A stretch of 64,000 nucleotides of DNA, from contig JBHICG010000011.1 of NCBI GenBank assembly GCA_046759445.1, positions 1-64,000 on the forward strand, in the 5' to 3' direction. The notes beneath the pieces were generated by a model. That model was not told the origin of the DNA. It searched no databases and was given only the letters and a program-made list of their open reading frames with translations. Shown one piece after another: positions 19,702 through 30,091 of this stretch. How positions within the stretch are numbered: position 1 is the first letter of the stretch; each line of letters opens with the position of its first letter. The DNA comes from Candidatus Scalinduaceae bacterium. Lineage in GTDB: Bacteria > Planctomycetota > Brocadiia > Brocadiales > Scalinduaceae. Made by a program: the position numbers and the translations under genes.

Positions 19702-21291
19702 ATGGAGAAATTAAAAAAGTTTAAAGAACTGGGATTGTCGGAAAACACATTGCATGCGTTAAAGAGAAAAGGCTTTGAAGAACCCACTCCGATTCAGGAA
19801 AAAGTCATACCAATCCTTTTGAAAGGAGAAATGGATGTCGTAGGACAGGCGCAAACGGGGACAGGAAAAACCGCAGCATTTGGATTGCCCATAATTGAAA
19901 AGATAAAAAAAAGACTCAAAGAAGCTCAAGCTCTTATTCTCGTTCCTACCAGAGAATTAGCCATACAGATTTCAGAAGAAATAAATTCTTTAAAAGGAGA
20001 AAGGAGGCTTCATATAGTACCCATATATGGTGGACAATCAATAGAATTACAGTTTAGAAGTCTGAAAAGGGGGATTGACGTAGTAGTTGGAACTCCCGGA
20101 AGGATATTAGATCATATCAACAGAAAAAGCTTAAGACTGAAAAATATTTCATATTTGGTACTGGATGAAGCAGACGAAATGTTAAATATGGGATTTATTG
20201 AAGATGTCGAAGAGATTTTGAAAGCTACCAGTACAGAGAAAAGAACAATGTTGTTTTCTGCTACTATGCCAAGGGAAATATTACATATAGCAAAAAAATA
20301 TATGGGAAAATATGAATTTGTTGCAATAAAGGAAAAACAACTTACGACAACTCTGACAGATCAGATATATTTTGAAGTTTCTCCTTCAGATAAATTTGAA
20401 GCATTATGTAGAATCATAGATATTGAACACGATTTTTATGGCCTCGTATTCTGTCGAACGAAAATTGATGTGGACAATATTTCAAGGCACCTTATTGACA
20501 GGGGATATGATGCAGATGCGTTGCATGGGGACATATCCCAGTATCAGAGAGAAATAATATTGAGAAAATTTAAGAAACGAAGGACTAGCATCCTCGTAGC
20601 TACTGATGTTGCGGCCAGAGGTATAGACATAATTGAACTGACACATGTAATAAATTATTCCCTGCCTCAGGACCCTGAATCTTACGTACATAGAATAGGA
20701 AGAACAGGAAGAGCTGGAAAAGAAGGCACAGCCATAACCTTTGTTACACCCGTAGAATATAGAAGCCTAATGTTTATAAAAAGAATCGCAAGGACTGATA
20801 TCCGAAAAGAAAAACTACCTAAAATAAAGGATGTCATAAACACAAAAAAGACAAGGATAAAAAACGAAATTAATAATATTATTAAGTCTGAAACACATCA
20901 TGAATATACAAAATTGGCGCAGGAACTGTTGAAAGAAGAAGAGTCAGTAAATGTTTTGGCTGCTTTTTTGAAATATTCTTTACAGGCGGAGCTGGATGAG
21001 AGAAGTTATAGTGAAATCAAAGATATTTCTATTGACGTAAAAGGGAAAACGAGACTGTTCGTAGCTTTAGGAAAAGTAGATGGTATGACACCAAGGAAGT
21101 TAATTAATTTCATTAAGCAGAATACTAAAGTTGACGAAACGAAAATAAGGGATGTTAGAATATTTGAAAAAATATCTTTTATAAATGTTCCTTTTGAAGA
21201 AGCAGAAATAATATTAGATGTATTTAAAAGAGAAAGGAAGGGGAGAAGACCAATTATTGAACGGGCCAAAAGGAAAAAGCCGACTAGGTGA
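19702..21291 (+). CDS. DEAD-box RNA helicase with C-terminal DbpA-type RNA-binding domain (DeaD/CshA-like)
   Basis: Q motif PTPIQ, AQTGTGKT, PTRELA, DEAD, SAT, ARGID and HRIGRTGRAG. Confidence 0.95.
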   Translation: MEKLKKFKELGLSENTLHALKRKGFEEPTPIQEKVIPILLKGEMDVVGQAQTGTGKTAAFGLPIIEKIKKRLKEAQALILVPTRELAIQISEEINSLKGERRLHIVPIYGGQSIELQFRSLKRGIDVVVGTPGRILDHINRKSLRLKNISYLVLDEADEMLNMGFIEDVEEILKATSTEKRTMLFSATMPREILHIAKKYMGKYEFVAIKEKQLTTTLTDQIYFEVSPSDKFEALCRIIDIEHDFYGLVFCRTKIDVDNISRHLIDRGYDADALHGDISQYQREIILRKFKKRRTSILVATDVAARGIDIIELTHVINYSLPQDPESYVHRIGRTGRAGKEGTAITFVTPVEYRSLMFIKRIARTDIRKEKLPKIKDVINTKKTRIKNEINNIIKSETHHEYTKLAQELLKEEESVNVLAAFLKYSLQAELDERSYSEIKDISIDVKGKTRLFVALGKVDGMTPRKLINFIKQNTKVDETKIRDVRIFEKISFINVPFEEAEIILDVFKRERKGRRPIIERAKRKKPTR

Positions 21292-21361
21292 TCTTTGCTT
21301 TGTAAGCAACATTTTTTTTAATAATGAGAATTGTTTATAATTTTAAAAAGAGGAAAGTATC

Positions 21362-22783
21362 ATGAAAATTGGATATTGTTTTTTATGCTTATTGATTATG
21401 TTCTTTTCATCCATAGTGATTGCAGATAATAGAGTGTCCATTAGCACAATTGATGATCAGGTAACAGTTGAAGTTACAGTGTATAATAACAACCTTGGAC
21501 TAGTAAAAGATACCAGAGAAGTATTACTTCCGCTAGGTGAAGGTGAATTAAGGTTCATGGATGTTGCATCACATATTATGCCTGTAACCGTCCATGCAAA
21601 ATCACTTAATTATCCAGAAGGCTTTTCGGTTCTTGAGCAGAATTACGAATATGATCTTATAAATTCGAATAAACTTCTTGATAAGTATGTGGGTAAAAAA
21701 ATAAAGATTATAGTTTGGAATGAATTTCAGGATAGAAAGGAAACAGTAGAAGCAATTTTATTGAGCAATAACCAGGGTCAGATTTACAAGATAAATGATG
21801 AGATATTCCTTGGACATCCGGGAATCAAAGTACTACCAGAAATACCCCTAAACTTGATTGCAAAGCCAACTCTCACGTGGTTTTGTAATAGCAAAAGTGA
21901 AACAGCCCACAACCTCGAAGTCTCTTACCTTACTAATAATATTAGTTGGAAGGCAGATTATGTTCTGGTATTAAATGAAGATGACACATCCGCAGATTTA
22001 TCAGGTTGGATTACGCTGGATAATAAAAGTGGCGCTACCTATGAAAATGCGAGATTGAAATTAATAGCAGGTGATGTCCATCGAGCTAAAGGTAGAATTG
22101 AAGACAGGGCCTATTTGATGAAGGAAATGAGAGCTGCCGGAGTAGCACAATTCGAAGAAAAGGCCTTCTTTGAATACCATATTTATGATATGCAAAGAAA
22201 AACCACGATAAAGGACAAACAGACAAAACAAGTGAGTTTACTTGAAGCTACTGGAGCAAGAGTCCAAAAAGAACTTATTGTCTACGGAATCAAAAGCTAT
22301 TTTACAAGACTATATAGAGATCAAGACCGAAAACAGACAGTCAATGTATATGTCAAATTTAAAAATTCTAAAGATAATAATCTCGGCATGCCTCTTCCTG
22401 AAGGGATTATGCGCCTGTATAAAAAGGACGATAAGAAAAGTCTACAGTTTATAGGTGAAGACAGAATAAGCCATACTCCAAAAGATGAAGAGATTAGGCT
22501 TAAAATTGGTAAAGCATTTGACGTTGTTGCGGAGAGGATTCAAACAGATTACAAACAAATCACTACAAGGCTTTATGAATCTGAGTGGGAAATTACTTTA
22601 AGAAATCATAAAGAAAAAGAAATATTGGTAGGTATTGTAGAGCCATTGTTCGGTAACTGGAATTTGATGAGTAACAGCCACCCATACAAAAAGGTTGATG
22701 CTTTTACTATAAGATTCGATGTTGAAGTACCAAAAGATAAAGAGGTAAAGGTTAAATACAGAGTAAGGATTGGATTACGATGA
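21362..22783 (+). CDS. Secreted DUF4139-domain protein
   Basis: Signal peptide, VTVYNNNLGLVKD, LEQNYEYDL, SYLT..ISWKADY and LGMPLPEG. Confidence 0.8.
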   Translation: MKIGYCFLCLLIMFFSSIVIADNRVSISTIDDQVTVEVTVYNNNLGLVKDTREVLLPLGEGELRFMDVASHIMPVTVHAKSLNYPEGFSVLEQNYEYDLINSNKLLDKYVGKKIKIIVWNEFQDRKETVEAILLSNNQGQIYKINDEIFLGHPGIKVLPEIPLNLIAKPTLTWFCNSKSETAHNLEVSYLTNNISWKADYVLVLNEDDTSADLSGWITLDNKSGATYENARLKLIAGDVHRAKGRIEDRAYLMKEMRAAGVAQFEEKAFFEYHIYDMQRKTTIKDKQTKQVSLLEATGARVQKELIVYGIKSYFTRLYRDQDRKQTVNVYVKFKNSKDNNLGMPLPEGIMRLYKKDDKKSLQFIGEDRISHTPKDEEIRLKIGKAFDVVAERIQTDYKQITTRLYESEWEITLRNHKEKEILVGIVEPLFGNWNLMSNSHPYKKVDAFTIRFDVEVPKDKEVKVKYRVRIGLR

Positions 22784-22899
22784 TTGTTTATAAGTTTAAG
22801 TGTATTAAAAAGCAAAAGCACGATTGATGATCAGGTGGCATACGTAATGTCAAAGAATTCTGAGTTACAATAGGGGGGTATTAAGTTTTACAACTAAAA

Positions 22900-23568
22900 A
22901 TGTTTACTGCCAAATATAAAGCAAGTTCTATGCTTATTCTAATTCTTGTCTTGTCTTCCCTCTGTACACGCCTCTCAGCTCAGGAAAGGCGCCCGGGAAG
23001 ACTCTTTCCTCCTGATAAAATACACATATTAGAAGAACCAAGGGAATGGCAGGATATAGAAGAGATTATGCACAGGTTGGGGATCAATACGGGTGATGTT
23101 GTAGCTGATATAGGGTCCGGTTCTGGTTATTTTACTATTCCTTTAGCTGAGAGAGTAGGCGCTGAAGGCTTGGTTTACGCAGAAGATATCCAGAAGGAAA
23201 TGTTGGATTTTATCTCCAAGAAGGTTGAAAAATTACAAATTAAGAATGTTAGAATTGTTCTGGGTAAAATCGAAGATCCATTAATTCCGAATAACTCACT
23301 TAATCTTGCTTTCGTTGCAAATACATATCACGAATTGGCAAGCCCCCTTTTACTTTTAAAAAATGTAAAGGAAGATTTACGTTTTCATGGTAAGTTAGTT
23401 ATCATTGACTGGGACCCTATAAAAGAGTGCCCTTTTGGACCACCAATTGAGGAAAAGATTCCTGAAGATACTGTCATAAAAGAGGCAGAAGGCGTTGGCT
23501 TTAATTTCATAGGCAAACATGACTTTATGCCATATCATTACTTTCTTATTTTTAAAAAGAAATTGTAA
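22900..23568 (+). CDS. Class I SAM-dependent methyltransferase with signal peptide
   Basis: VADIGSGSGYF, YAEDIQ, NTYHE and GPP. Confidence 0.85.
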   Translation: MFTAKYKASSMLILILVLSSLCTRLSAQERRPGRLFPPDKIHILEEPREWQDIEEIMHRLGINTGDVVADIGSGSGYFTIPLAERVGAEGLVYAEDIQKEMLDFISKKVEKLQIKNVRIVLGKIEDPLIPNNSLNLAFVANTYHELASPLLLLKNVKEDLRFHGKLVIIDWDPIKECPFGPPIEEKIPEDTVIKEAEGVGFNFIGKHDFMPYHYFLIFKKKL

Positions 23569-24348
23569 TTATTGAGTCTTCCCTTGCCAACAATTTTTAT
23601 CTCCATTGTTTTGTGATCTTCCTTCCTTTTCTACATATTCAGTTACACGTATTTGTGACTTTATCCCTCTTGCTCTTGGCTAACACTTAGTCCTGCATAA
23701 AAAACAGTGTTTATCATTTAGACAAGAGTATGGTACAGACAACTGCACTAAATTTCCCCCTTTTTCCATAAAAATAAAAGGTTGCATAACGCAACAACTC
23801 TACAAATGCCTGCTTGATTATGTATAAAATTTATACATTATTTCTCGGTCTGTTACCTGCTGGGCCTTTAATTCTAAATATTTGTTAAGTTTTTACCAAT
23901 TTCTGTTTATGCAATACCAGAGGATTTCAATGTGCGACCACAAATTGATTTTTCCTATCTGTTTTTGCCCATCTGTTTTGCAAAAACTGAGCTAATAGAA
24001 ATAATGCTAATACAATTGTTGTAAATTCTTTATTATTAGTGACATAAACCCATATTAGAAGATTCTTAGCTCATTAGCACCATTTTGTACATTCTCCCCG
24101 AGTACAGGAATAATCGTTCTAAAATTTTGTAATAAAAACTATAAAAAGTTCGATAATAAAAATAGGTGATATGTTGACACTCTTTTGAACGTAAGTTGGC
24201 ATATCATTTGTTTTATCAATAGATTAGGAAACTGGTAATTTAGGCGTTTAGTAATAATTTCTTGGCACCCTGTTCAAAACATACAGGGACAAGTTTTGGC
24301 AAAAAAATAAGACAGGCAGGAATTCTGCTTCCGACTCGGCTTTAGGGG

Positions 24349-25230
24349 ATGCCAATGATCAAAAAATATGATTTTCCTATAATATATATCTGCAGTTGTA
24401 TATTTATTGTAATTGTAGCAAGCGCAAATATAAGCATTGCTGATAGGATAAAAATCAAAAATTGGCTTTGTTATTATGGCGCTACCTTTGGTCCTGATAT
24501 TTATTCCAGGTTTGATTTGGTCGTTCTTGATGGTACTAACCATCCTCCTTTGCCAGATAGAGGTAATGATGATAAACCGATCATTTTGGGTTATGTAAGC
24601 ATTGGAGAGGTGGATGTCAAAAGCCCATTTTGGTCCTTTGCGAAAGACAAACCTTATCTGGTGAAAAGGGATGATTTTTGGGACTCGTGGATTGTGGATA
24701 TAAGGGATCCGTCCTGGCAACGACTTCTATTTGAAATCTCTATACCTTCAGTCATAGAACAAGGGTTTGATGGGCTTTTCCTTGATACATTTGATTCAAG
24801 TCTAAGCCTTTTAGAAGGAGAAGATAGTGAAAAATTCAAGGGGATTGAAGACGCCCTTGCAGAAATAACCAAAAGGATTAAGGCTGAATACCCTGAAATA
24901 CTTGTTGCCGTAAATCGTGGACTTCCTGCACTTCCGTACTTCGCTAAAAATATTGATTTCGTGATTATAGAAGATCTTTACAGTTATTATGCAGGTCATG
25001 ATAAAGGGTATATAAAGGTTGATGGTACAACACAGAAGATTCTATTAGAACAGGTGAGTAAAGGTTTGCGTCTTAAACCAGATCTTGCCGTTTTAGCTTT
25101 GGATTATGTTAGTACAGAACAGTCGGAGATAGCAAAAAATGCCATCCGTTTTTCAAGAAAAAAAGGATTTATACCATATGTCAGCACTTATAAGCTCGAT
25201 CAGATATTTCTTTACACACTGGATGATTAG
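24349..25230 (+). CDS. PelA-like endo-alpha-1,4-polygalactosaminidase (GH114/GH166 hydrolase module)
   Basis: WLCYYG, FDLVVLD, GYVSIGE, GFDGLFLDTFDS, NRG and IIEDL; first gene of the pel locus. Confidence 0.85.
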   Translation: MPMIKKYDFPIIYICSCIFIVIVASANISIADRIKIKNWLCYYGATFGPDIYSRFDLVVLDGTNHPPLPDRGNDDKPIILGYVSIGEVDVKSPFWSFAKDKPYLVKRDDFWDSWIVDIRDPSWQRLLFEISIPSVIEQGFDGLFLDTFDSSLSLLEGEDSEKFKGIEDALAEITKRIKAEYPEILVAVNRGLPALPYFAKNIDFVIIEDLYSYYAGHDKGYIKVDGTTQKILLEQVSKGLRLKPDLAVLALDYVSTEQSEIAKNAIRFSRKKGFIPYVSTYKLDQIFLYTLDD

Positions 25231-27304
25231 AAATTCAATCATAATCATATTACTTACTGTTTTTATACAAGATTTCCTGAACGCAGCAGAGATGTCTAGA
25301 AAAGTCCTTGTTCTCTATGACAGCAAAACCGAACAGAGTGTAACAGCAAATATAGTTTTTGAAAACTTTCAAACCATACTCAATTACTATGGGATAATGC
25401 CCGAATACGGGGACGTGAACATACGGCCGCTTCCTGATGACAAGCCTATGTCAGCTTACAGAGGAATCATTACAATTTTTGATTATGCAGACATAAAAGA
25501 CTTAAACGAATTTTTGATGTGGGTTAATCAACAGTTTGAAGCAGGAAGAAAAGTAATTATTCTGGGAAATCCAGACGTCTCTAGTAATGAAATCGATGAT
25601 CCTATCCAGGAAGAACTTATTAAAAAGGTCTTTCTTAATCTTGGGCTGGAATTTAGAGGTAATTTTACAGCAAACCAAAGCAATATTCAATATGTATTCA
25701 AAGACAAAGAAGGTGTCGAATTTGAAAGGGAATATCCCAAATACCCAGTTTCATACCTGGAACTTAAACCGACAAATAAAGACGTGAAGTGCTATCTATC
25801 ACTCTTGAGGGCAGACAAAAAAGATTCGATAAGTTCGGTGATTGTTACTAGTCCTTCTGGCGGCTTGGCGCTCAGTGGTTTTATATATTGGGAGGACCCA
25901 ATTACTTACAGAAGGCAATGGTACCTGAATCCATTCAGATTTCTTGAAGAATCATTAGACCTAAAAGGGTTGCCAGCGCCAGATCCCACCACCTTAAACG
26001 GACTAAGAGTCGCCTTCTCCCACATAGATGGAGATGCCTTTTCTGGGGCAACCGAAGTAAAAAGATTTAAAACATGTGGAGAGATTATTATAGATAAAAT
26101 CCTCAAGAAATATGATTTTCCTGTAACTGTATCTGTTGTTGTGGGAGAAGTTGATCCAGGCGCATTAGGTAACAAAAATCTCGTAAAGCTTGCAAAGAGT
26201 ATGTTTGCACTTCCAAACGTTGAACCCGCTTCTCACTCATACTCACACCCATTTTACTGGGACCCAGAATATGAGGAAAAGAATCAATATGAAAAGCACC
26301 ATATCGATATTCCAAAGTATTCTTTTGATCCCGAGATGGAGATTGATTATTCAGTAAATTATATAAGTAAGAAATTGTCGCCTAAAGATAAACCCTGTAA
26401 GATATTTCTGTGGTCAGGCAACTGTGAACCACTTGAGTCACATATAGCAAGATGCGATTCTATGGACATTTTCAATATGAATGGTGGTGATACCGTTTTC
26501 GATGATGTTGAAGATTCCTATATTTCTGTTGCTCCTCTTTACCGATGGGTTGAGAATAGGGTCCAATTTCACTGTGGACAGGCCAATGAGAATATACTAA
26601 CAAACCTCTGGACCAAACCCATTTTTGGATTTAAAGGCATCATAACTACTATGGAAAGGACTGGATCTCCAAGAAGGATTAAGCCTATTGATATCTATTA
26701 TCATTTTTATTGTGGTCAATATCGGGCTTCTCTAAAGGCGCTACAAGACGTTTATGAATGGGTTTTAAAACAGGATATTGCACGAGTATTTACTTCAGAT
26801 TATCTTAAAATGGCAAAAGGATATTTAAGCACCAAGATTTATAAGGAAGGGCAGGGGCGATATATTATCAAAGATTATGGGGAATGTCTTACTTTTCGTT
26901 TTGATTTGGATTCCCGATCACCCGATCTCTCTCTTTGTGAAAATGTCTTAGGTTTTATTAAAGAGCCACAGGGGCTTTATGTCTCCCTCATGCCAGGAAA
27001 AAAGAGAGCCGTTATTGTGATGTCGAATGAAATTGATTTGACCAATTTGCACAGCAAAAGGCCATATTTGAGAAAGGCTAGTGGGTGGGTAAATAGTTTT
27101 GATATGGAGAAAGGACTTCTGATACTTGATTATAAAGGCTTTGGTACTGGAAGAATTGAAATAGGAGGAATGGAATCTAAGACATCTTTTAAAATAAATG
27201 GAACTGCTATTAAAAAGGATGGTTTAAGTCTGGAATCGGATGAGAGGGGGATCCTTTCTATTAATAATATTAGGACCGGCAATTTGGAGATATTATTAAA
27301 ATGA
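25223..27304 (+). CDS. PelA-like polysaccharide deacetylase module (start likely ATG 25223)
   Basis: WYLNPFRFL, PAPDPTTLNGLRVAFSHIDGD, EPASHSYSHPFYW, LWSGNC, NMNGGDT, NENILTNLW and KPIDIYYHFY. Confidence 0.85.
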   Translation: MIRNSIIIILLTVFIQDFLNAAEMSRKVLVLYDSKTEQSVTANIVFENFQTILNYYGIMPEYGDVNIRPLPDDKPMSAYRGIITIFDYADIKDLNEFLMWVNQQFEAGRKVIILGNPDVSSNEIDDPIQEELIKKVFLNLGLEFRGNFTANQSNIQYVFKDKEGVEFEREYPKYPVSYLELKPTNKDVKCYLSLLRADKKDSISSVIVTSPSGGLALSGFIYWEDPITYRRQWYLNPFRFLEESLDLKGLPAPDPTTLNGLRVAFSHIDGDAFSGATEVKRFKTCGEIIIDKILKKYDFPVTVSVVVGEVDPGALGNKNLVKLAKSMFALPNVEPASHSYSHPFYWDPEYEEKNQYEKHHIDIPKYSFDPEMEIDYSVNYISKKLSPKDKPCKIFLWSGNCEPLESHIARCDSMDIFNMNGGDTVFDDVEDSYISVAPLYRWVENRVQFHCGQANENILTNLWTKPIFGFKGIITTMERTGSPRRIKPIDIYYHFYCGQYRASLKALQDVYEWVLKQDIARVFTSDYLKMAKGYLSTKIYKEGQGRYIIKDYGECLTFRFDLDSRSPDLSLCENVLGFIKEPQGLYVSLMPGKKRAVIVMSNEIDLTNLHSKRPYLRKASGWVNSFDMEKGLLILDYKGFGTGRIEIGGMESKTSFKINGTAIKKDGLSLESDERGILSINNIRTGNLEILLK

Positions 27305-29877
27305 AAACGAGTTTTTGGAAAATCATAAGTTTTGTCTTGTTAATGATAGGTGCGACTATTATCGTTTTCCCCTTTCCAAAAAGAATGGTTGAATTTTACA
27401 AGGATGCGGGAATGACTACGGAGGCACGCTACATTTTATCTGATCTGATGACAAAAACTCCCGACAACCCTGAGCTTCTATCTCTTTCTGCTGAAATACA
27501 TCACTTAAATGGGGAATCAAACAAGGCAGTTAGGGATTTAGAACTTGCGGTAGAAAAAGACCCCAGAAATGAAGAATTACTTGTAAAACTGGCTACTTAC
27601 CATGAATGGAATCGCGACCCCATGGAGGCTTTGCCTGTTTGGGAAAAAATTGCCATTATTAATCCTGATAACATGATGGCGCAAACTAAAATAATTGATT
27701 ATTACCGCTATTATGGGTTTCCTAAAATCGAGGGCGAAGTCGTGGCAAATCTAATTAAGCTGGAACAAAAGACTCCTAGAATAGAAATGACTCTTAAAGA
27801 GGAAAGGGTATGGGATAACCCACTTGTTAAAAAACTGACAAGTGAATTAAACAATCTCGCAAAAATGAGGGTATCCAATAATCAAGATCTTTTTTTTGAT
27901 AATCTTATTACTGGTACGTATATCATCAGACGACAATATATGAATGAAATTCGGAAGAAAACGAAGACTGATATTAATGATATGAATAAGATAGTTACTA
28001 TATGCTTTGAACTCTTTGTTAAAACAGGCAAGATAGACATGGGATACGCCTTTGCGTCAAATCTGGACAAAACGTGGAATCAGGAGTTAAAAAATAGGTT
28101 AATGTATCTTGATGTTATGGGATGGAGCGAGATGAATGCCGAAGCGCTTGCCATTCTTAAAAAGATACAGCAGGAATATCCCCGCAATCATCATGTCCTT
28201 TATCTAATTGTAAAAAAAAGCGGTGAGATAGATGATGTAGAAACCGCAATTAACGCATACGAAAAGCTAATTGCAGCCGAACCTGGCAATGCAGATTACA
28301 AAAGGCAGCTCGCTTCTTTATATTTGGACACGAAACAATCTACTAAGGCCTATCATATTTATAGAGAATTGGCTATTAGTACAGGAAAAAACAGGGATTA
28401 TGTAACCATGATGTCCATTGCTGCTGTTAATACAGAGAAAAAGCATATAATGATAGAGGCTGCTGAACTAATAGGAAAGCTAATGCCTGAAGACATTAAT
28501 ATGATAAAAAATCAAGCGGAAATTTACCTTGCGGCTGACCGCCCTGAAAGAGCCTACCGCATTTTAAGCCATTTGGTCCTTGTTTCAGGAAAAAATAAGG
28601 AAGATGTCCTCAAAATGTTAGAGGTTGCAGGATTTACGGCTAATAAGGAAATAATAAGGGAAGCCATTGCAAAGGCATTTGAGTTAAGACCTGATGACTC
28701 CCAAATTTCACTAAAGATCGCAGAATTGTACCAGGGCATGGGTGACGAAAAAGATGCAATCAATGCATATGCTTATTATTTAAAACTAAATCCAAAAGAT
28801 GGAAACGCACAAAAGCAACTGGCCCAACTGTATCTATGGACAAATCAGCAAACAAAAGCGGCTGAACTCATGTTGGCCATTGCCAATGCAAGTCCTGGAG
28901 ACAAAAATGCCCTCATTGAAGCAGCAAAATATTCTGAAGAAGCTGGACTCATCGAACAGGCTTTTAAATTATATGATAAAATTTACAATAACTACCCAAG
29001 AGATATGTCAATCCAGAACGATTTAATACGTCTTGCCTCCTGGACTAATAAATGGGATTATGTTGCTCCATTGTTAGGGAAAATCTCAGACAGTGATCCC
29101 GGAAATCTCAAGAGGGCATTGGATGCAGGAAATGCCTTTGTTGAAATGGAAGACCTCAAAAAAGGAATAAAATATCTAGAAAGAGCCTCTGATTTAAAAC
29201 CTGATGATGCGAAACTTAGGAAAAAACTTGCGAAATACTATGGATGGGTAGGTTCTATGGACAAAAAGATAGTAGAATTGGAATATCTTGATTCTGTCGG
29301 ACAGCTTGACAAAGAGGAAAAGATTCTTCTGGCGCAGGCTTATTTGGACAGGAATGATGGCGTAAAGGCGCTTAAATATCTGAAGCATTATCAAAAGGAA
29401 GATATCTTGCAAAGAAAGGGAGGATTGATGCTTGCGATGGCTTTTGAATTAAGCGGAAAAAACGAATCAGCCATAAAGATTTATAAACGCCTGGCAAAAG
29501 AGAATATGCAGGATGCAGCCTTTCTTGCTAGACTTGGCAATCAAGCCCTATGGATCAACCATGAGGATATTGCCCTTAGTTTTTTTAAATCAGCGTTGAA
29601 AAAAGACAAAAATAATCTGCTGGCGTTAAAGAGAAGCGCACAGATATATGCGGGGCAAAATAATATCAACATGGCAATAAAACTTTATGCATATTACAAC
29701 CGATTAAATCCTGATGATTATGAAGCCCATTTCCAACTGGGTGAACTTTTTTTTGTCAATGAACGCAAAGCAAATGCTTTTAAGGAGTACAAAAGGAGTC
29801 TTAAATTAATCAGAAAGTTAAAACTCTATGCAAATAATAATCCTTCATTAAAGGTAGTACAGAGTGCAATGCAATAG
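27301..29877 (+). CDS. PelB-like periplasmic TPR scaffold (N-terminal half)
   Basis: N-terminal TM, many TPRs, repeated LAxxxxW motifs (ATYHEWN, AQLYLWT, RLASWT, AKYYGWV); follows pelA. Confidence 0.7.
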   Translation: MKTSFWKIISFVLLMIGATIIVFPFPKRMVEFYKDAGMTTEARYILSDLMTKTPDNPELLSLSAEIHHLNGESNKAVRDLELAVEKDPRNEELLVKLATYHEWNRDPMEALPVWEKIAIINPDNMMAQTKIIDYYRYYGFPKIEGEVVANLIKLEQKTPRIEMTLKEERVWDNPLVKKLTSELNNLAKMRVSNNQDLFFDNLITGTYIIRRQYMNEIRKKTKTDINDMNKIVTICFELFVKTGKIDMGYAFASNLDKTWNQELKNRLMYLDVMGWSEMNAEALAILKKIQQEYPRNHHVLYLIVKKSGEIDDVETAINAYEKLIAAEPGNADYKRQLASLYLDTKQSTKAYHIYRELAISTGKNRDYVTMMSIAAVNTEKKHIMIEAAELIGKLMPEDINMIKNQAEIYLAADRPERAYRILSHLVLVSGKNKEDVLKMLEVAGFTANKEIIREAIAKAFELRPDDSQISLKIAELYQGMGDEKDAINAYAYYLKLNPKDGNAQKQLAQLYLWTNQQTKAAELMLAIANASPGDKNALIEAAKYSEEAGLIEQAFKLYDKIYNNYPRDMSIQNDLIRLASWTNKWDYVAPLLGKISDSDPGNLKRALDAGNAFVEMEDLKKGIKYLERASDLKPDDAKLRKKLAKYYGWVGSMDKKIVELEYLDSVGQLDKEEKILLAQAYLDRNDGVKALKYLKHYQKEDILQRKGGLMLAMAFELSGKNESAIKIYKRLAKENMQDAAFLARLGNQALWINHEDIALSFFKSALKKDKNNLLALKRSAQIYAGQNNINMAIKLYAYYNRLNPDDYEAHFQLGELFFVNERKANAFKEYKRSLKLIRKLKLYANNNPSLKVVQSAMQ

Positions 29878-30091
29878 CAATTGTCTTTATTTCCTTTAGG
29901 CGCTTAAAGTGCTAAAACGACCAACATATTGTCGATGTTTTGTAAGTTTTTGATTTTGTGTCACTTAAAATCGAATCAAGATTGATGAATCACAAAATAG
30001 TTGGAACTGCCCCGAAGAGGCTTTTTTTCTAAGCTCGTCTTAGAAAAAACATAGTATCTTACGGTGAATGTTTACGACAATACGAAATTGA

